64,000 bases of DNA from an uncultured Peptococcaceae bacterium (GCA_964637385.1 CAZWTM010000002.1:30150-94149), one strand, 5' to 3'; numbered from the stretch's first letter, positions 50,144 to 61,036 are shown. Made by a program: numbers and translations. Notes: a model not told the origin generated them from the sequence alone.

Positions 50144-52375
50144 ATGCCAAAATCCAGGACACTCAAAGAAGAAATCAAACAGGAATTATGGGGAATAACA
50201 CTTCTAACTTTTAGTTTTTTTATTGCTTTCTGCTTATGGCAGGGGCTTTATAATAATACAGCCGGGACAATTGGGGCCATAGGAAATTTTATTTTTCGGG
50301 TGATTACAACTTTTTTTGGTTCAGGAAAGTATATCCTGCCTTTAATTCTTTTTATCATGGGTATCTCTAAGATCTGGCACAGGACAGCCTGGGACAAGTT
50401 GTTTATCATCTCCTGGGTTTCATTGCTTCTAACCTTCCTTACTTTGTTACATATTAATTTGCCTGTGGAGAAACAGACTTTTAATGCCAGCTGGGCGGGA
50501 GCGGGAGGAGGAATCACCGGTTATGCTTTAGCTAAAGTGACAATGGCCCTTTTTGGCAAAGGTGGTTCCTATATTTTTCTGGGCGCATGTACCATCATTT
50601 CTATTATGGGTGTTGCCAGGAAAACCCTGGCAGAACTGTTTACCCAGCTTTCCACCTCTTTAAGTCATTTCGGTACCAATACCAGGCAAGCCCTGATTGA
50701 TTTTATTTTTGAAAAGGTGGAGGAGGAAAAAGGGGAGCAAAAAAGGGCTAAAGTGCGACCTTCCTTACCCCAGGAGAGTCCTTTGCCTAATCCGGTCATC
50801 ATCGATCATAACGAGCATAATCAAGAATTTCAGGGAAGTTCCCCAACCTCACCGGCCCTGGTCAAAGTCATACCTAAATCCGGTAAGGGAAAAGAACCCT
50901 TGTCCAAACCCGTTGAACTTAAAACATCTTCCCATCGTGAAAATGACGACTTTAAACTGCCCTCCCTGGATTTACTGCAAATCCCTACAAAAATAAAAAG
51001 CCAGCGTTTAAATAAAGATATTACAGACAACGTACGTATTTTGGAAGAAACCCTCGAAAATTTTGGTGTAAAAGCCCGTGTGACACAGGTCAGCCGTGGA
51101 CCGGCCATTACCCGTTACGAAATCCAGCCACCGCCTGGTGTTAAAGTAAGCCGCATTGTCAATTTAGCCGATGATATTGCCCTTAGTCTTGCGGCACCAC
51201 AGGTCCGTATTGAAGCACCCATACCTGGGAAGGCAGCTGTTGGTATTGAAGTACCTAATGAAGAAATCGCCACCGTCGGTTTACGGGAAGTATTAGAAAC
51301 CGGTCTGTTTCAGGAATCCCCATCAAAACTGACCGTGGCCCTGGGAAAAGATATTGCTGGTAATCCTATTGTGGCCGATCTTGGTAAAATGCCCCATCTC
51401 CTCATTGCAGGGGCTACCGGTTCAGGAAAAAGTGTCTGTATGAATGCCCTAATTGCCAGTATTTTATTTAAAGCAAGGCCCGATGAAGTGAAATTGTTGA
51501 TGATTGATCCCAAAGTGGTAGAGCTTTCTACCTTTAATGGTATACCTCATTTAATCTCCCCCGTAGTTACCGATCCCAAGAAAGCGGCAACGGCTTTGCG
51601 CTGGGCAGTTCATGAAATGGAAAACAGATACGAACTTTTCGCCGGCCTGGGCGTTAAAGATATTACCCGGTATAATCTGGTGAAAAAAGAAGAAGACTCC
51701 ACTTCTGCGTCCCCCGCCTTGCCCTATGTGGTTGTTCTTATTGATGAATTGGCTGACTTAATGATGGTAGCCCCTGCCGATGTAGAAGATGCCATCTGCC
51801 GTTTAGCCCAGATGGCCAGGGCTGCCGGCATTCACCTGGTAGTAGCTACGCAAAGACCTTCTGTCGACGTCATTACCGGTGTAATTAAAGCTAATATTCC
51901 TTCGCGCATCGCTTTTGCCGTATCATCCCAGACAGATTCACGAACCATATTGGATATGGGAGGAGCGGAACGCCTCTTGGGAAGAGGGGATATGCTGTTT
52001 TATCCTACCGGTATGGCCAAGCCTATTCGCGTACAGGGTGTCTATGTCTCCGACCAGGAGATTGAATCTCTGGTAGAATACCTAAAAGCTCAGAAGAACC
52101 CAGAGTATTTAGATGAGCCATGGCAAAATTCTGAAAACGAAATAACGGAAATGGCTGAGGAAGATGAATTACTTGCCGAAGCAGCCAGGATATTTATAGA
52201 GAGCGGCCAGGCTTCCATTTCCTTGCTGCAGCGCCGCCTGAGAATTGGTTATACCAGAGCGGCCCGCATCATCGACCAGTTGGAAGAGAGAGGCATTGTA
52301 GGCGGGTATGAAGGCAGTAAACCCAGAGCTGTCCGCATGACGTGGGAAGAGTACGAAAAAACCTTTGGCATATAA
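50144..52375 (+). CDS. ftsK: DNA translocase FtsK/SpoIIIE
   Basis: N-terminal TM helices, a Pro/Lys-rich linker, a motor domain (Walker A GATGSGKS, Walker [11 protein letters not shown]) and a gamma wHTH ([28 protein letters not shown]). The ATG at 50144 has a GAGGTG RBS. Confidence 0.93.
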   Translation: MPKSRTLKEEIKQELWGITLLTFSFFIAFCLWQGLYNNTAGTIGAIGNFIFRVITTFFGSGKYILPLILFIMGISKIWHRTAWDKLFIISWVSLLLTFLTLLHINLPVEKQTFNASWAGAGGGITGYALAKVTMALFGKGGSYIFLGACTIISIMGVARKTLAELFTQLSTSLSHFGTNTRQALIDFIFEKVEEEKGEQKRAKVRPSLPQESPLPNPVIIDHNEHNQEFQGSSPTSPALVKVIPKSGKGKEPLSKPVELKTSSHRENDDFKLPSLDLLQIPTKIKSQRLNKDITDNVRILEETLENFGVKARVTQVSRGPAITRYEIQPPPGVKVSRIVNLADDIALSLAAPQVRIEAPIPGKAAVGIEVPNEEIATVGLREVLETGLFQESPSKLTVALGKDIAGNPIVADLGKMPHLLIAGATGSGKSVCMNALIASILFKARPDEVKLLMIDPKVVELSTFNGIPHLISPVVTDPKKAATALRWAVHEMENRYELFAGLGVKDITRYNLVKKEEDSTSASPALPYVVVLIDELADLMMVAPADVEDAICRLAQMARAAGIHLVVATQRPSVDVITGVIKANIPSRIAFAVSSQTDSRTILDMGGAERLLGRGDMLFYPTGMAKPIRVQGVYVSDQEIESLVEYLKAQKNPEYLDEPWQNSENEITEMAEEDELLAEAARIFIESGQASISLLQRRLRIGYTRAARIIDQLEERGIVGGYEGSKPRAVRMTWEEYEKTFGI

Positions 52376-52486
52376 TGCCACATGGACCAGCATTAGGAAC
52401 TTGCTTATCTAACCTTTTTATGATTATACTGAAATTCAGAGATTATCCGGATTAGGGTTATCTCGAGAAAAAGGAACGAGGTTTTC

Positions 52487-53518
52487 ATGGAAAACTTAAT
52501 AGGCATAGAAGAAGCTTTAGGTCTAGACAATGTTCTATTTGTAGATCTGCGTTCACCTGGTGAATATGAGGAGGCACATATACCAGGAGCTTTAAATTTA
52601 CCACTGCTGGAAGATGATGAGCGCACTACGGTGGGCACTATTTATAAGCAGGAATCACCGGAAAAAGCGGTAGATACTGGCTTTGCCATTATCGCCCCTA
52701 AGCTGCCTCGCTTAACCCAGGAGCTAAAACAGTTATCCAACCAGAAAACCCTTGTTTTGTACTGCTGGCGAGGTGGCATGCGCAGCAAATCCCTTTGTCA
52801 GGTACTAAATATTCTGGGCATCAAGCATTATCGCCTTATCGGTGGTTATAAAGCTTTTCGGCGTTATGTCAATGATTTTTTTGCCAAACCTTTCGAAAAA
52901 GAAATAGTCGTATTGCATGGTCTTACCGGAGTAGGGAAGACGGAGATATTACAAAATCTTATCAATACGGGCCTGCCTGCCATTAACCTGGAAGGTTTGG
53001 CCAATAACCGGGGTTCTGTTTTTGGGCATATCGGTATGAAAAAACCACCCAGTCAGAAGCAATTTGAAGGTATGCTGTTTTTAGCCTGTCGAAAACTGCA
53101 AAATTTTCCACGTATAGCCGTAGAGTGTGAAAGCAGACGCATTGGTTCCGTATTTATCCCCCTAAGTTTTTTTCAGGCTATGCAAAGAGGCTGCAAAGTG
53201 TTAATTTATGATTCTTTAGAAAACAGGATAAGCCGTTTGATCAACACTTATCTTGACGAGAATAATACCTTGAATGAAGAACAGTTAGCTGCAGCTATCG
53301 CCAATTTAAGAAAAAGACTGGGTTCTAGCAAAGTGGAACAATTATTGACCCTTTTAAAGGAAAAGCATTATCGTGATGTGGTAGCCATTTTACTGCGCGA
53401 TTATTATGATCCCCTCTACAAATATCCAGACCACCCTTCGCCAGACTATGCCTTAAATCTCAATGCTGCCTATCCCGAAATGGTCATAGAAAAACTTAAA
53501 CAATTTCTCATAAAGTAA
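52487..53518 (+). CDS. selU: tRNA 2-selenouridine synthase (SelU/MnmH)
   Basis: N-terminal rhodanese domain with active-site CWRGGMRS, followed by the P-loop GLTGVGKT. 343 aa. Confidence 0.85.
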   Translation: MENLIGIEEALGLDNVLFVDLRSPGEYEEAHIPGALNLPLLEDDERTTVGTIYKQESPEKAVDTGFAIIAPKLPRLTQELKQLSNQKTLVLYCWRGGMRSKSLCQVLNILGIKHYRLIGGYKAFRRYVNDFFAKPFEKEIVVLHGLTGVGKTEILQNLINTGLPAINLEGLANNRGSVFGHIGMKKPPSQKQFEGMLFLACRKLQNFPRIAVECESRRIGSVFIPLSFFQAMQRGCKVLIYDSLENRISRLINTYLDENNTLNEEQLAAAIANLRKRLGSSKVEQLLTLLKEKHYRDVVAILLRDYYDPLYKYPDHPSPDYALNLNAAYPEMVIEKLKQFLIK

Positions 53519-53541
53519 AATAAAAGTAAAGGAGGTGACCT

Positions 53542-54330
53542 ATGAGTCGAATTGGCGAGTCTTTACGCAGAGCCCGCCTGGAAAAAGGTTTATCACTGGA
53601 AGTCATTGAAAAAGATACCAAAATTCGACGTCGTTATTTAGAAGCCCTGGAAAATGAGGACTGGGATGTAATACCTGGCAGAGTGTATTTAAGGGGATTC
53701 TTAAAAACATACAGCCGTTATCTTGGTCTCGATGATGGCTCCCTCCTTGCAGCCCTTAGTGAAGCTGTAACTCACCAGGAAAAGCCTGAAATGCAGCCAC
53801 ATTTGCAAAAAATAGATTTACCAACCCGACCACCCCGCAGGCTTGGTTTGCTTTTAGGGCTTCTAGCCATAGCCTTATTATTAGGTTCACAATATTTATA
53901 TGAGCACTACTTCACTGCTCCCAAACCATCGGTTATTAACACACCGAATGTAAAACCACCTGAAGTAAACACACCTGGGGAAAAAAATCCTTATAACTCT
54001 CCCAACAATGAAAACCCATCTCCCTCCAGCGGAGATTCACAATTACCCCCCCCTATAAAAGAGGACATTAATTTAACACTAACCATTGTTGATGCTAAAT
54101 GCTGGGTACAAGTTAAAGATGGCAATAACTTGATTTTTCAGGGCACCCTGACCAAAGGCGATGAAAAATCATTTACCGCGCAAAACAAAATCACTTTTAT
54201 TCTGGGCAACGCAGGAGTAGTTAATGTAAAAATTAACAGTTCAGAACTGGGAATACTGGGCAACAAAGGCCAGGTCATCAACAGAACATATATTCTGGAA
54301 AACAACGAACTCAAGGAAATAAAAGTGTAG
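53542..54330 (+). CDS. rodZ: RodZ-like cytoskeleton protein (XRE HTH + TM + DUF4115-like C-terminus)
   Basis: LRRARLEKGLSLEVIEKDTKIRRRYLEALENEDWDVIPGRVYLRGFLKTY, a single TM helix, a Pro/Asn-rich linker and a beta-rich C-terminal domain. Confidence 0.8.
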   Translation: MSRIGESLRRARLEKGLSLEVIEKDTKIRRRYLEALENEDWDVIPGRVYLRGFLKTYSRYLGLDDGSLLAALSEAVTHQEKPEMQPHLQKIDLPTRPPRRLGLLLGLLAIALLLGSQYLYEHYFTAPKPSVINTPNVKPPEVNTPGEKNPYNSPNNENPSPSSGDSQLPPPIKEDINLTLTIVDAKCWVQVKDGNNLIFQGTLTKGDEKSFTAQNKITFILGNAGVVNVKINSSELGILGNKGQVINRTYILENNELKEIKV

Positions 54331-54341
54331 CGGAATAATTT

Positions 54342-54381
54342 GGCGATAGAACCCTTTACAGTAAGGGTTCTGTCGCCTTTC
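54342..54381 (+). terminator. Rho-independent terminator after rodZ
   Basis: GGCGATAGAACCCTT / AAGGGTTCTGTCGCC stem followed by TTT. Confidence 0.75.
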
Positions 54382-54454
54382 TATCCTCTCCAAAACTATA
54401 CGGAAATCAGTATTTAAATTATTTATTAAAGTGGTAAGATAAAAAGAGGTTAAA

Positions 54455-54482
54455 TAGTTACTAGTTACCAGTTCCTAGTTTC
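54455..54482 (+). repeat. Four tandem heptads TAGTTAC TAGTTAC CAGTTCC TAGTTTC upstream of ygiQ
   Basis: Read directly from the sequence. YAG triplets appear at strict 7-nt periodicity, and three of the four are TAG. Confidence 0.85.
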
Positions 54483-54529
54483 GGAAGTCGAAATGGCAAA
54501 GGGCAGGAATGCCCCCATGATATGATGGT

Positions 54530-56389
54530 GTGGTGATAGTCGTGGCGGTTCCTTTTTTACCCATTTCCAGAGAAGAAATGGAACAACTGAACTGGAGTTA
54601 TCTTGATTTTTTAATTATAACGGGTGATGCTTATGTTGATCACCCCAGTTTTGGTGCGGCCATTATTGGGCGTTATTTAGAATATCTGGGGTTTAAAGTA
54701 GGAATTATCCCTCAGCCTGACTGGCGTGATGCCCAGTCCCTGCTTAGGCTGGGTACCCCAGGTTTAGGCGTTTTAATTACGGCAGGCAATCTTGACTCTA
54801 TGCTAAACCATTATACATCCCGAAAGAAAAAAAGGGCCCGGGATCTTTATTCTCCAGGAGGGCAAATGGGCTTGCGCCCTGACAGGGCTACAATTGTTTA
54901 TACCAACTTAGCCAAACAGGTATTCAGAAATAAACCCATTATTATCGGCGGCATAGAAGCATCCTTGCGCCGTTTTGCCCATTATGATTATTGGGATAAT
55001 AAAGTGAGGCGATCTATTCTTTTTGACAGCAAGGCTGACCTTCTGGTTTACGGGATGGCCGAATACCAGATTGAACGCATTGCCCGGGGTCTAAAGGAAG
55101 GAAAGCCTTGGTCAGAATTAACCACTATACCTGGAATATGCTATATTTCTGAGGAAAAACCAGCAGACTATTTAGAAATTCCATCATTTGAGGAGTGTAC
55201 CGCTTCCAAAGAAGCCTTTGCCCGGGCCTTCGCCATCTCCTATGGGGAGCAAGATCCCATTCGTGGCAAAGGTTTAGTCCAGTTACACCAGGACAGGTAC
55301 TTGATACAAAATCCCCCTGCGCCACCCTTAACACAGGCGGAAATGGACCAGATTTATAATCTTCCTTACAGCAGAACTTACCATCCCAGCTATAAAAACA
55401 ATCCCATCCCGGCGTTAGAAGAAATTAAGTTTAGTATCACCAGTCACCGGGGTTGTTTTGGTGCCTGCGCTTTTTGTGCTCTTCATTTTCACCAGGGACG
55501 GATTATTCAAAACAGGTCCCACCAGTCTATCCTGCGGGAAGCTTATGAGATGACCTTAGACCCTGACTTCAAAGGTTATATCCACGATGTGGGAGGGCCT
55601 ACGGCTAACTTTCGTCAACCTTCTTGCAAAAAACAGTTAAAGTATGGAACATGCCGCGATAGACAGTGTTTAGTTCCCAAGCCCTGCCCTCAATTAGAAG
55701 TGGATCACTCTGATTATCTGCAGTTATTAAGATCCGTGCGTAAAATACCTAAGATAAAGAAAGTTTTTGTCCGGTCAGGACTCCGCTATGATTACCTTTT
55801 GTTAGATAAAAAATCTCCTTTTTTATATGAACTATGTGAACATCATATTAGTGGTCAGTTGAAGGTAGCACCGGAACATGCCGCTCCTAATGTAACCTCT
55901 CTCATGGGGAAAGCTCCCATTACCGTTTTTGACCAGTTTCATCAGGCCTACTCTGCAGCCAACAAGCGTCTCAACAAAAAACAATATCTCATCCCGTACT
56001 TTATGTCGGGGCATCCCGGGACAACATTGCCGGATGCAATTTACTTAGCCGAATATTTGCGGGATTTTGGCTTTCAACCCGATCAAGTCCAGGAATTTAT
56101 CCCTACTCCCGGCAGCCTGTCCACCTGTATGTATTACACCGGTATTGACCCCTTTACCTACAAGAAAGTTCATGTACCTGATGCAGAGGAAAGATTGCTG
56201 CAAAGAGCTCTTTTACAATATAAAAAACCGGAAAATTACCCGCTGGTGCTGGCAGCTTTAAAAAAAGCGGGGCGGCAAGATTTAATCGGCACCAGAAAAG
56301 AATGCCTTATTCCCCCGCCACAGAAAGATAAGCACCCCAAGGCTTCCTTTACCAAGCTACCAACTGGTGTGAACAAAAAGTGGCGCTAG
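54530..56389 (+). CDS. ygiQ: YgiQ family (UPF0313) radical SAM protein
   Basis: N-terminus [14 protein letters not shown]...[17 protein letters not shown] and the radical SAM cluster motif CFGACAFC. 619 aa. The exact start among the clustered GTGs is uncertain. Confidence 0.85.
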   Translation: MVIVVAVPFLPISREEMEQLNWSYLDFLIITGDAYVDHPSFGAAIIGRYLEYLGFKVGIIPQPDWRDAQSLLRLGTPGLGVLITAGNLDSMLNHYTSRKKKRARDLYSPGGQMGLRPDRATIVYTNLAKQVFRNKPIIIGGIEASLRRFAHYDYWDNKVRRSILFDSKADLLVYGMAEYQIERIARGLKEGKPWSELTTIPGICYISEEKPADYLEIPSFEECTASKEAFARAFAISYGEQDPIRGKGLVQLHQDRYLIQNPPAPPLTQAEMDQIYNLPYSRTYHPSYKNNPIPALEEIKFSITSHRGCFGACAFCALHFHQGRIIQNRSHQSILREAYEMTLDPDFKGYIHDVGGPTANFRQPSCKKQLKYGTCRDRQCLVPKPCPQLEVDHSDYLQLLRSVRKIPKIKKVFVRSGLRYDYLLLDKKSPFLYELCEHHISGQLKVAPEHAAPNVTSLMGKAPITVFDQFHQAYSAANKRLNKKQYLIPYFMSGHPGTTLPDAIYLAEYLRDFGFQPDQVQEFIPTPGSLSTCMYYTGIDPFTYKKVHVPDAEERLLQRALLQYKKPENYPLVLAALKKAGRQDLIGTRKECLIPPPQKDKHPKASFTKLPTGVNKKWR

Positions 56390-56469
56390 TACTCTTTGAC
56401 AAGGGGGAGATTCCTAATATATACTGAGAAAGAATAAAAGAACGTTGATGCTAAAGTCGGAGGCTTTTT

Positions 56470-57819
56470 ATGTCCTATCTTGTAAAAATCGCAACTTTAG
56501 GTTGTCCTAAAAATACCGTAGACAGCCAGCAAATACTGGGACAACTTTTACGCTATGGTTATCAACCGGTGGAGGATCTTTCTTCAGCAGAGATTATTGT
56601 TATTAATACCTGTGGTTTTATCGAAAGTGCTAAACGGGAATCTATTGAAACGATTCTTGAATTGGCCCAGCAAAAGTTTGAAGGAAAATGCCGGTACCTC
56701 GTGGTCACAGGTTGTCTGGTGCAAAAATATGCTGAGGAACTAAAGGAGGAACTACCTGAAGTCGATTTATTTTTAGGAACAGGGGATATTCATTTGCTCC
56801 CTCAACTTCTGAGCTCCTTAAAACCCGGTGTCCGTGTAGCTCAGGTAGGTGACCCTAACAATTATCTTTTTGATGACCAGGTTCCCCTGGTTCCCGGTCA
56901 TATCAAACACTATGCCTATGTTAAAATTGCGGAAGGATGTAACAATTGTTGTACTTACTGTGTCATTCCGTCCATGCGTGGAAAATACCGCAGCCGTACA
57001 CTGGAATCCATTCTTCATGAGGTTTCAAAACTTACTGAAAATGGTATTAAAGAGACGATTCTGGTAGCCCAGGATATCACTTTGTATGGCTATGACAACT
57101 ATGGTCAATATATGCTGCCTACGCTTTTAAAGGAATTGGTTAAATTAAAAAATCTCCAGTGGATCAGGCTTCTCTACTGTTATCCCAATCGTATTACTGA
57201 CGAACTGCTTTTAACCATTAAAGAAGAGGATAAAATCTGCCAGTACCTTGATATTCCCTTACAACACATTTCGGATTCTGTGCTGAAAGCTATGGGACGG
57301 CCCATGGGCAAACAAGAAACGATAGCATTAATTAAAAAAATCCGCCAATCCCTACCCGATGTTACCCTTCGTTCCACCTTTATCATCGGTTTCCCTGGAG
57401 AGACGGAGGATGATTTTGCGCAATTATTGGCCTTCCTGGAGGATATGCAGTTTGAAAGAGCCGGCTTTTTTACTTATTCACCGGAACCGGGTACAAAAGC
57501 TGCCGATTTTCCGCAGCAAATACCCGAAGAAATCAAGGAACAGCGTTTACAACAAGCTTTAGCAGTACAGGAAAAAATACTTGCCGCAAAACAAGCCGAA
57601 CTGGTGGGAAAGACAATGCCGGTAATCATGGACGGACCAAGTATGGAATACGAGGGATTATGGGAGGGACGTACCCAGGGAGATGCGCCTGAAATAGATG
57701 GGGTCGTCTATATTAAACCTGCACCAAACCTTAGACAAGGTGATATAATAAATATCAAGATTACTCACAGCCAAGATTTTGCCTTAATGGGAGAGGTCAA
57801 CGATGAACCTGGCCAATAA
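56470..57819 (+). CDS. rimO: Ribosomal protein S12 methylthiotransferase RimO
   Basis: UPF0004 N-terminal domain (TLGCPKNTVDS), radical SAM motif CNNCCTYC, and a C-terminal TRAM domain. Confidence 0.9.
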   Translation: MSYLVKIATLGCPKNTVDSQQILGQLLRYGYQPVEDLSSAEIIVINTCGFIESAKRESIETILELAQQKFEGKCRYLVVTGCLVQKYAEELKEELPEVDLFLGTGDIHLLPQLLSSLKPGVRVAQVGDPNNYLFDDQVPLVPGHIKHYAYVKIAEGCNNCCTYCVIPSMRGKYRSRTLESILHEVSKLTENGIKETILVAQDITLYGYDNYGQYMLPTLLKELVKLKNLQWIRLLYCYPNRITDELLLTIKEEDKICQYLDIPLQHISDSVLKAMGRPMGKQETIALIKKIRQSLPDVTLRSTFIIGFPGETEDDFAQLLAFLEDMQFERAGFFTYSPEPGTKAADFPQQIPEEIKEQRLQQALAVQEKILAAKQAELVGKTMPVIMDGPSMEYEGLWEGRTQGDAPEIDGVVYIKPAPNLRQGDIINIKITHSQDFALMGEVNDEPGQ

Positions 57820-58351
57820 GCTAACTTTATCCAGGATATTTCTTGTCCCCGTTTTCATGCTTGTCCTGTTAATCCGCATTCCCTTTGGTGAATATATAGC
57901 TGCTCTTATCTTCATTATTGCGGCCAGCACTGACGGTTTAGACGGTTATATTGCCCGTAAACGCAAACAAATAACAAATTTGGGTAAATTGATGGATCCT
58001 CTGGCCGATAAATTACTAATTTCAGCAGCTCTTATTTCTTTGGTGGAATTAGGAAAAATCTCCGGATGGATTGCTGTGGTTATTATTGGCCGGGAATTTT
58101 TTGTTACAGGATTGCGCGCAGTTGCCGCCGCCGAAGGTGTAGTCATTGCGGCCAGTCCGCTGGGGAAAATTAAAACAATTAGCCAAATCATAGCCATTTC
58201 GGCAATTCTTCTCAACAATTTTCCTTTAAGCCTTGTTACAAATATTCCTTTTGGCGAGTATGCCATGTATTTGGCTGTTTTCTTTACCACCTGGTCAGGC
58301 ATTGATTATTATTTAAAAGCCCGTAAAAGTTCGAGGCTGGGGTTGGAATGA
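57803..58351 (+). CDS. pgsA: CDP-diacylglycerol--glycerol-3-phosphate 3-phosphatidyltransferase
   Basis: CDP-alcohol phosphotransferase motif DGLDGYIARKRKQITNLGKLMDPLADK. Confidence 0.9.
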   Translation: MNLANKLTLSRIFLVPVFMLVLLIRIPFGEYIAALIFIIAASTDGLDGYIARKRKQITNLGKLMDPLADKLLISAALISLVELGKISGWIAVVIIGREFFVTGLRAVAAAEGVVIAASPLGKIKTISQIIAISAILLNNFPLSLVTNIPFGEYAMYLAVFFTTWSGIDYYLKARKSSRLGLE

Positions 58352-58776
58352 CACATCTTATCAAAATGATAGCTACTGGCTTTGGCAGTGGATATTCTCC
58401 ATGGTTTCCAGGGACTGCCGGCAGTGCCCTGGCTGCTGTTATTACCTGGTTTGTTCCTCTTCAAATCTGGCATATTGTTCTTTTATGCCTGGCAGGTATT
58501 TTTATCTGTGAAAAAGCAGAGATTCTCCTGAAGAAACATGATAGTCCCCATATTGTTTTTGATGAATTCTGCGGCATTTTTATCGCCACCTGGGGTTTAA
58601 CTTCACTGTCCAGTTTCCTCATGGCCTTTATATTTTTTCGTTTTTTTGACATGGTCAAACCATACCCTATTGCTAAGCTGCAAGAACTCCCTGGCGGGTG
58701 GGGGATTATGGCTGATGATCTGGCCGCTGGTTTCATTGCGCGTCTTTTGGTTCAGTTGTATGTAATATTTTTTTGA
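58348..58776 (+). CDS. pgpA: Phosphatidylglycerophosphatase A family protein
   Basis: GFGSGYSPWFPGTAGS and DEFCGI...FRFFDMVKPYPI motifs typical of PgpA. It overlaps pgsA by 4 nt. Confidence 0.8.
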   Translation: MTHLIKMIATGFGSGYSPWFPGTAGSALAAVITWFVPLQIWHIVLLCLAGIFICEKAEILLKKHDSPHIVFDEFCGIFIATWGLTSLSSFLMAFIFFRFFDMVKPYPIAKLQELPGGWGIMADDLAAGFIARLLVQLYVIFF

Positions 58777-58784
58777 GAAAGTGA

Positions 58785-58810
58785 GCCCTGCTATGCAGGG
58801 TTTAAGTTTT
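58785..58810 (+). terminator. Possible terminator after pgpA
   Basis: CCCTGC / GCAGGG stem followed by TTTAAGTTTT. Confidence 0.5.
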
Positions 58811-58882
58811 CTTTCCAGCCTTTCTCTAAAGAGCAGAATAGTACTTTTGTGCTATAATACTCTAGAAGAGAGGAGGTAAGTC

Positions 58883-59443
58883 ATGTCACAAAAACTGCTG
58901 CGTTTCGTTACAACAATATTAGTGGGCTTTTTAACCCTTGGTATATTAGTCGGTGGAACTTACTTCTACAATAAATTAGTCTTTACCGAACCTTTAGAAG
59001 CGGCTGTGGCCAAGTTACCTTCGGTGGGTGCTTTTAAATTTGAGCAGACCAACTCCCGCTCCAAAATTACCGTACAGTTTAAAGACCCCCGGAGATTGCG
59101 GGACAGCTTCTACCAACTCCTGGACCAAATGGCAAAACAGTCTTCCAAAAACCTGACTAACTTGACGGTGGAGATAGCCAATACGCCCAATGCTGCACTG
59201 GAAAAGTTTTTAATGGAAAGCCGTTTGCCAATTTTTGAAGCATTAAGTACGGGCAAATTTACAGAACTGCCTAACCATTTAACTGTTTTGGCTGAAAGAA
59301 ACTCAGTGACCTATACGTTAGATCTTGATAACAACTTTATCTTTTTAACGGCAAAAGATGGGCAGCAAACTGCTCATATTATCATTAATAGGGGAAATTC
59401 ACCCATTCAGATTATTAATACCATGGGAGGGAACTATCTATAA
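58883..59443 (+). CDS. Hypothetical membrane-anchored protein (186 aa)
   Basis: GAGGAGG RBS, one N-terminal TM helix, and a soluble domain with no motif I recognise. Its stop overlaps the start of the next gene (TAATG). Confidence 0.6.
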   Translation: MSQKLLRFVTTILVGFLTLGILVGGTYFYNKLVFTEPLEAAVAKLPSVGAFKFEQTNSRSKITVQFKDPRRLRDSFYQLLDQMAKQSSKNLTNLTVEIANTPNAALEKFLMESRLPIFEALSTGKFTELPNHLTVLAERNSVTYTLDLDNNFIFLTAKDGQQTAHIIINRGNSPIQIINTMGGNYL

Positions 59444-60936
59444 TGAAAAAAGAAATATTATTCGGAATACTTGCAGGTTTCCTATCCTTCCTGGTATACC
59501 TGGGATATGATATCACACCCGTCATCATCCTGGGGGCCCTGGGCTTCATGCTTTATATTGTCATGCAAAGAAAAGGGCTCCTCAAATTAGATACGTACCA
59601 AAAAGTAATCCAAAATAAGACTTTTCATTTTGAGGATATTGGCGGACAGGAAACTGCCAAGCAAGAACTTAAAGAAGCCCTGGAATTTCTCATTAAAGCC
59701 GACAAAATTAACCGGATGGGAATCAGGCCTTTGAAAGGCATCCTTTTAACAGGTCCTCCCGGTACCGGTAAAACCCTTTTAGCCCGGGCAGCCGCTGGTT
59801 ATTCTGATGCTGTCTTTTTAGCCACTTCCGGAAGTGAGTTTATCGAAATGTATGCCGGTGTAGGTGCCCAAAGAGTTAGGGGATTATTTCAATCAGCCAG
59901 GGAGATGGCCAAAAAGCAAAAGAAAAACAGAGCTATCATTTTCATCGATGAAATTGATGTTTTAGGCGGCAAAAGAGGAAGTCATACCAGCCACCTGGAA
60001 TATGACCAGACCTTAAACCAGCTCCTGGTGGAAATGGATGGTCTCGAAAACGACCAGGAAGTCCAGATTCTTTTGATCGCCGCTACCAACAGGCCTGATT
60101 TATTAGACCCGGCCCTTTTACGTCCTGGCCGGTTTGACAGGCAGGTTAAAGTTGATTTGCCCGATAAAGAGGAGCGTTTAGCCATCCTAAAACTCCACTG
60201 CCGTAATAAGCCTCTGGCCGATGACGTCTGTATGGAGGAAATTGCCAACGGGACCTTTGGTTTTTCCGGGGCCCATTTGGAAAATGTAACAAATGAAGCC
60301 GCCATCCTGGCCTTGCGGGATAATAGTCCTCTTATCAAGCAAATTCACCTAAGAGAAGCTGTAGACAAAGTAATTCTTGGCGAAAAACTGGGCAACCGGG
60401 CCAGTAGCGCTACCTTGCACAGAGTAGCCATTCATGAGGCAGGCCATGCCTTAATAAGTGAATTGTTAAAACCGGGCTCGGTAGATCAGGTAACAGTAAC
60501 CTCACGGGGGAATGCCCTAGGTTATGTTCGCCATACCCAGGAAGAAGACGAACCCCTTTACACCAAAACAGCCTTAGAGAACCAGATCATGATTCTCCTG
60601 GCGGGGGCCCTAAGTGAAGAGATTCATTTAGGTGAAAAAAGCACAGGTGCTACCAATGACTTCCAAAGAGCCCTGGAGTTAACACAAAAAATTGTTTCCA
60701 GTGGATTATCAAGGCTGGGTGTGGTTTCTCCCGAGCATCTGCCGGAAAATGAATTTTATCAAGTTTGCCAGGAAATCCTGCGCCAACAGGAAAATAATGT
60801 ATTAGAAATACTGAATGAAAATAAAGAGATGATTTTATGCATAGTAGAACACCTCAAAGAGAAGGAAAAAATCTCAGGAACTGAACTGCGTTCCCTGATG
60901 CAGCAAGGAACTAAGAGCACAGCTATGTCCGCATAG
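59443..60936 (+). CDS. FtsH-like AAA+ zinc metalloprotease paralog lacking the extracytoplasmic domain
   Basis: Two closely spaced N-terminal TM helices, Walker A GPPGTGKT, Walker B IIFIDEID, SRH ATNRPDLLDPALLRPGRFD, and the protease motif HEAGHAL. Only 497 aa. Confidence 0.85.
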   Translation: MKKEILFGILAGFLSFLVYLGYDITPVIILGALGFMLYIVMQRKGLLKLDTYQKVIQNKTFHFEDIGGQETAKQELKEALEFLIKADKINRMGIRPLKGILLTGPPGTGKTLLARAAAGYSDAVFLATSGSEFIEMYAGVGAQRVRGLFQSAREMAKKQKKNRAIIFIDEIDVLGGKRGSHTSHLEYDQTLNQLLVEMDGLENDQEVQILLIAATNRPDLLDPALLRPGRFDRQVKVDLPDKEERLAILKLHCRNKPLADDVCMEEIANGTFGFSGAHLENVTNEAAILALRDNSPLIKQIHLREAVDKVILGEKLGNRASSATLHRVAIHEAGHALISELLKPGSVDQVTVTSRGNALGYVRHTQEEDEPLYTKTALENQIMILLAGALSEEIHLGEKSTGATNDFQRALELTQKIVSSGLSRLGVVSPEHLPENEFYQVCQEILRQQENNVLEILNENKEMILCIVEHLKEKEKISGTELRSLMQQGTKSTAMSA

Positions 60937-60950
60937 CGGTGCTTTTTTTC
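60929..60950 (+). terminator. Possible terminator after the FtsH-like gene
   Basis: CCGC ATA GCGG short GC stem followed by TGCTTTTTTT. Confidence 0.5.
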
Positions 60951-61036
60951 TTTAATAATGAAAACCGCTGTAATGGAGCGTTGATTTATGAAATAATTTT
61001 AGTTACAATGAAGCAAGCAAGATAGGGCGGGGAGTA

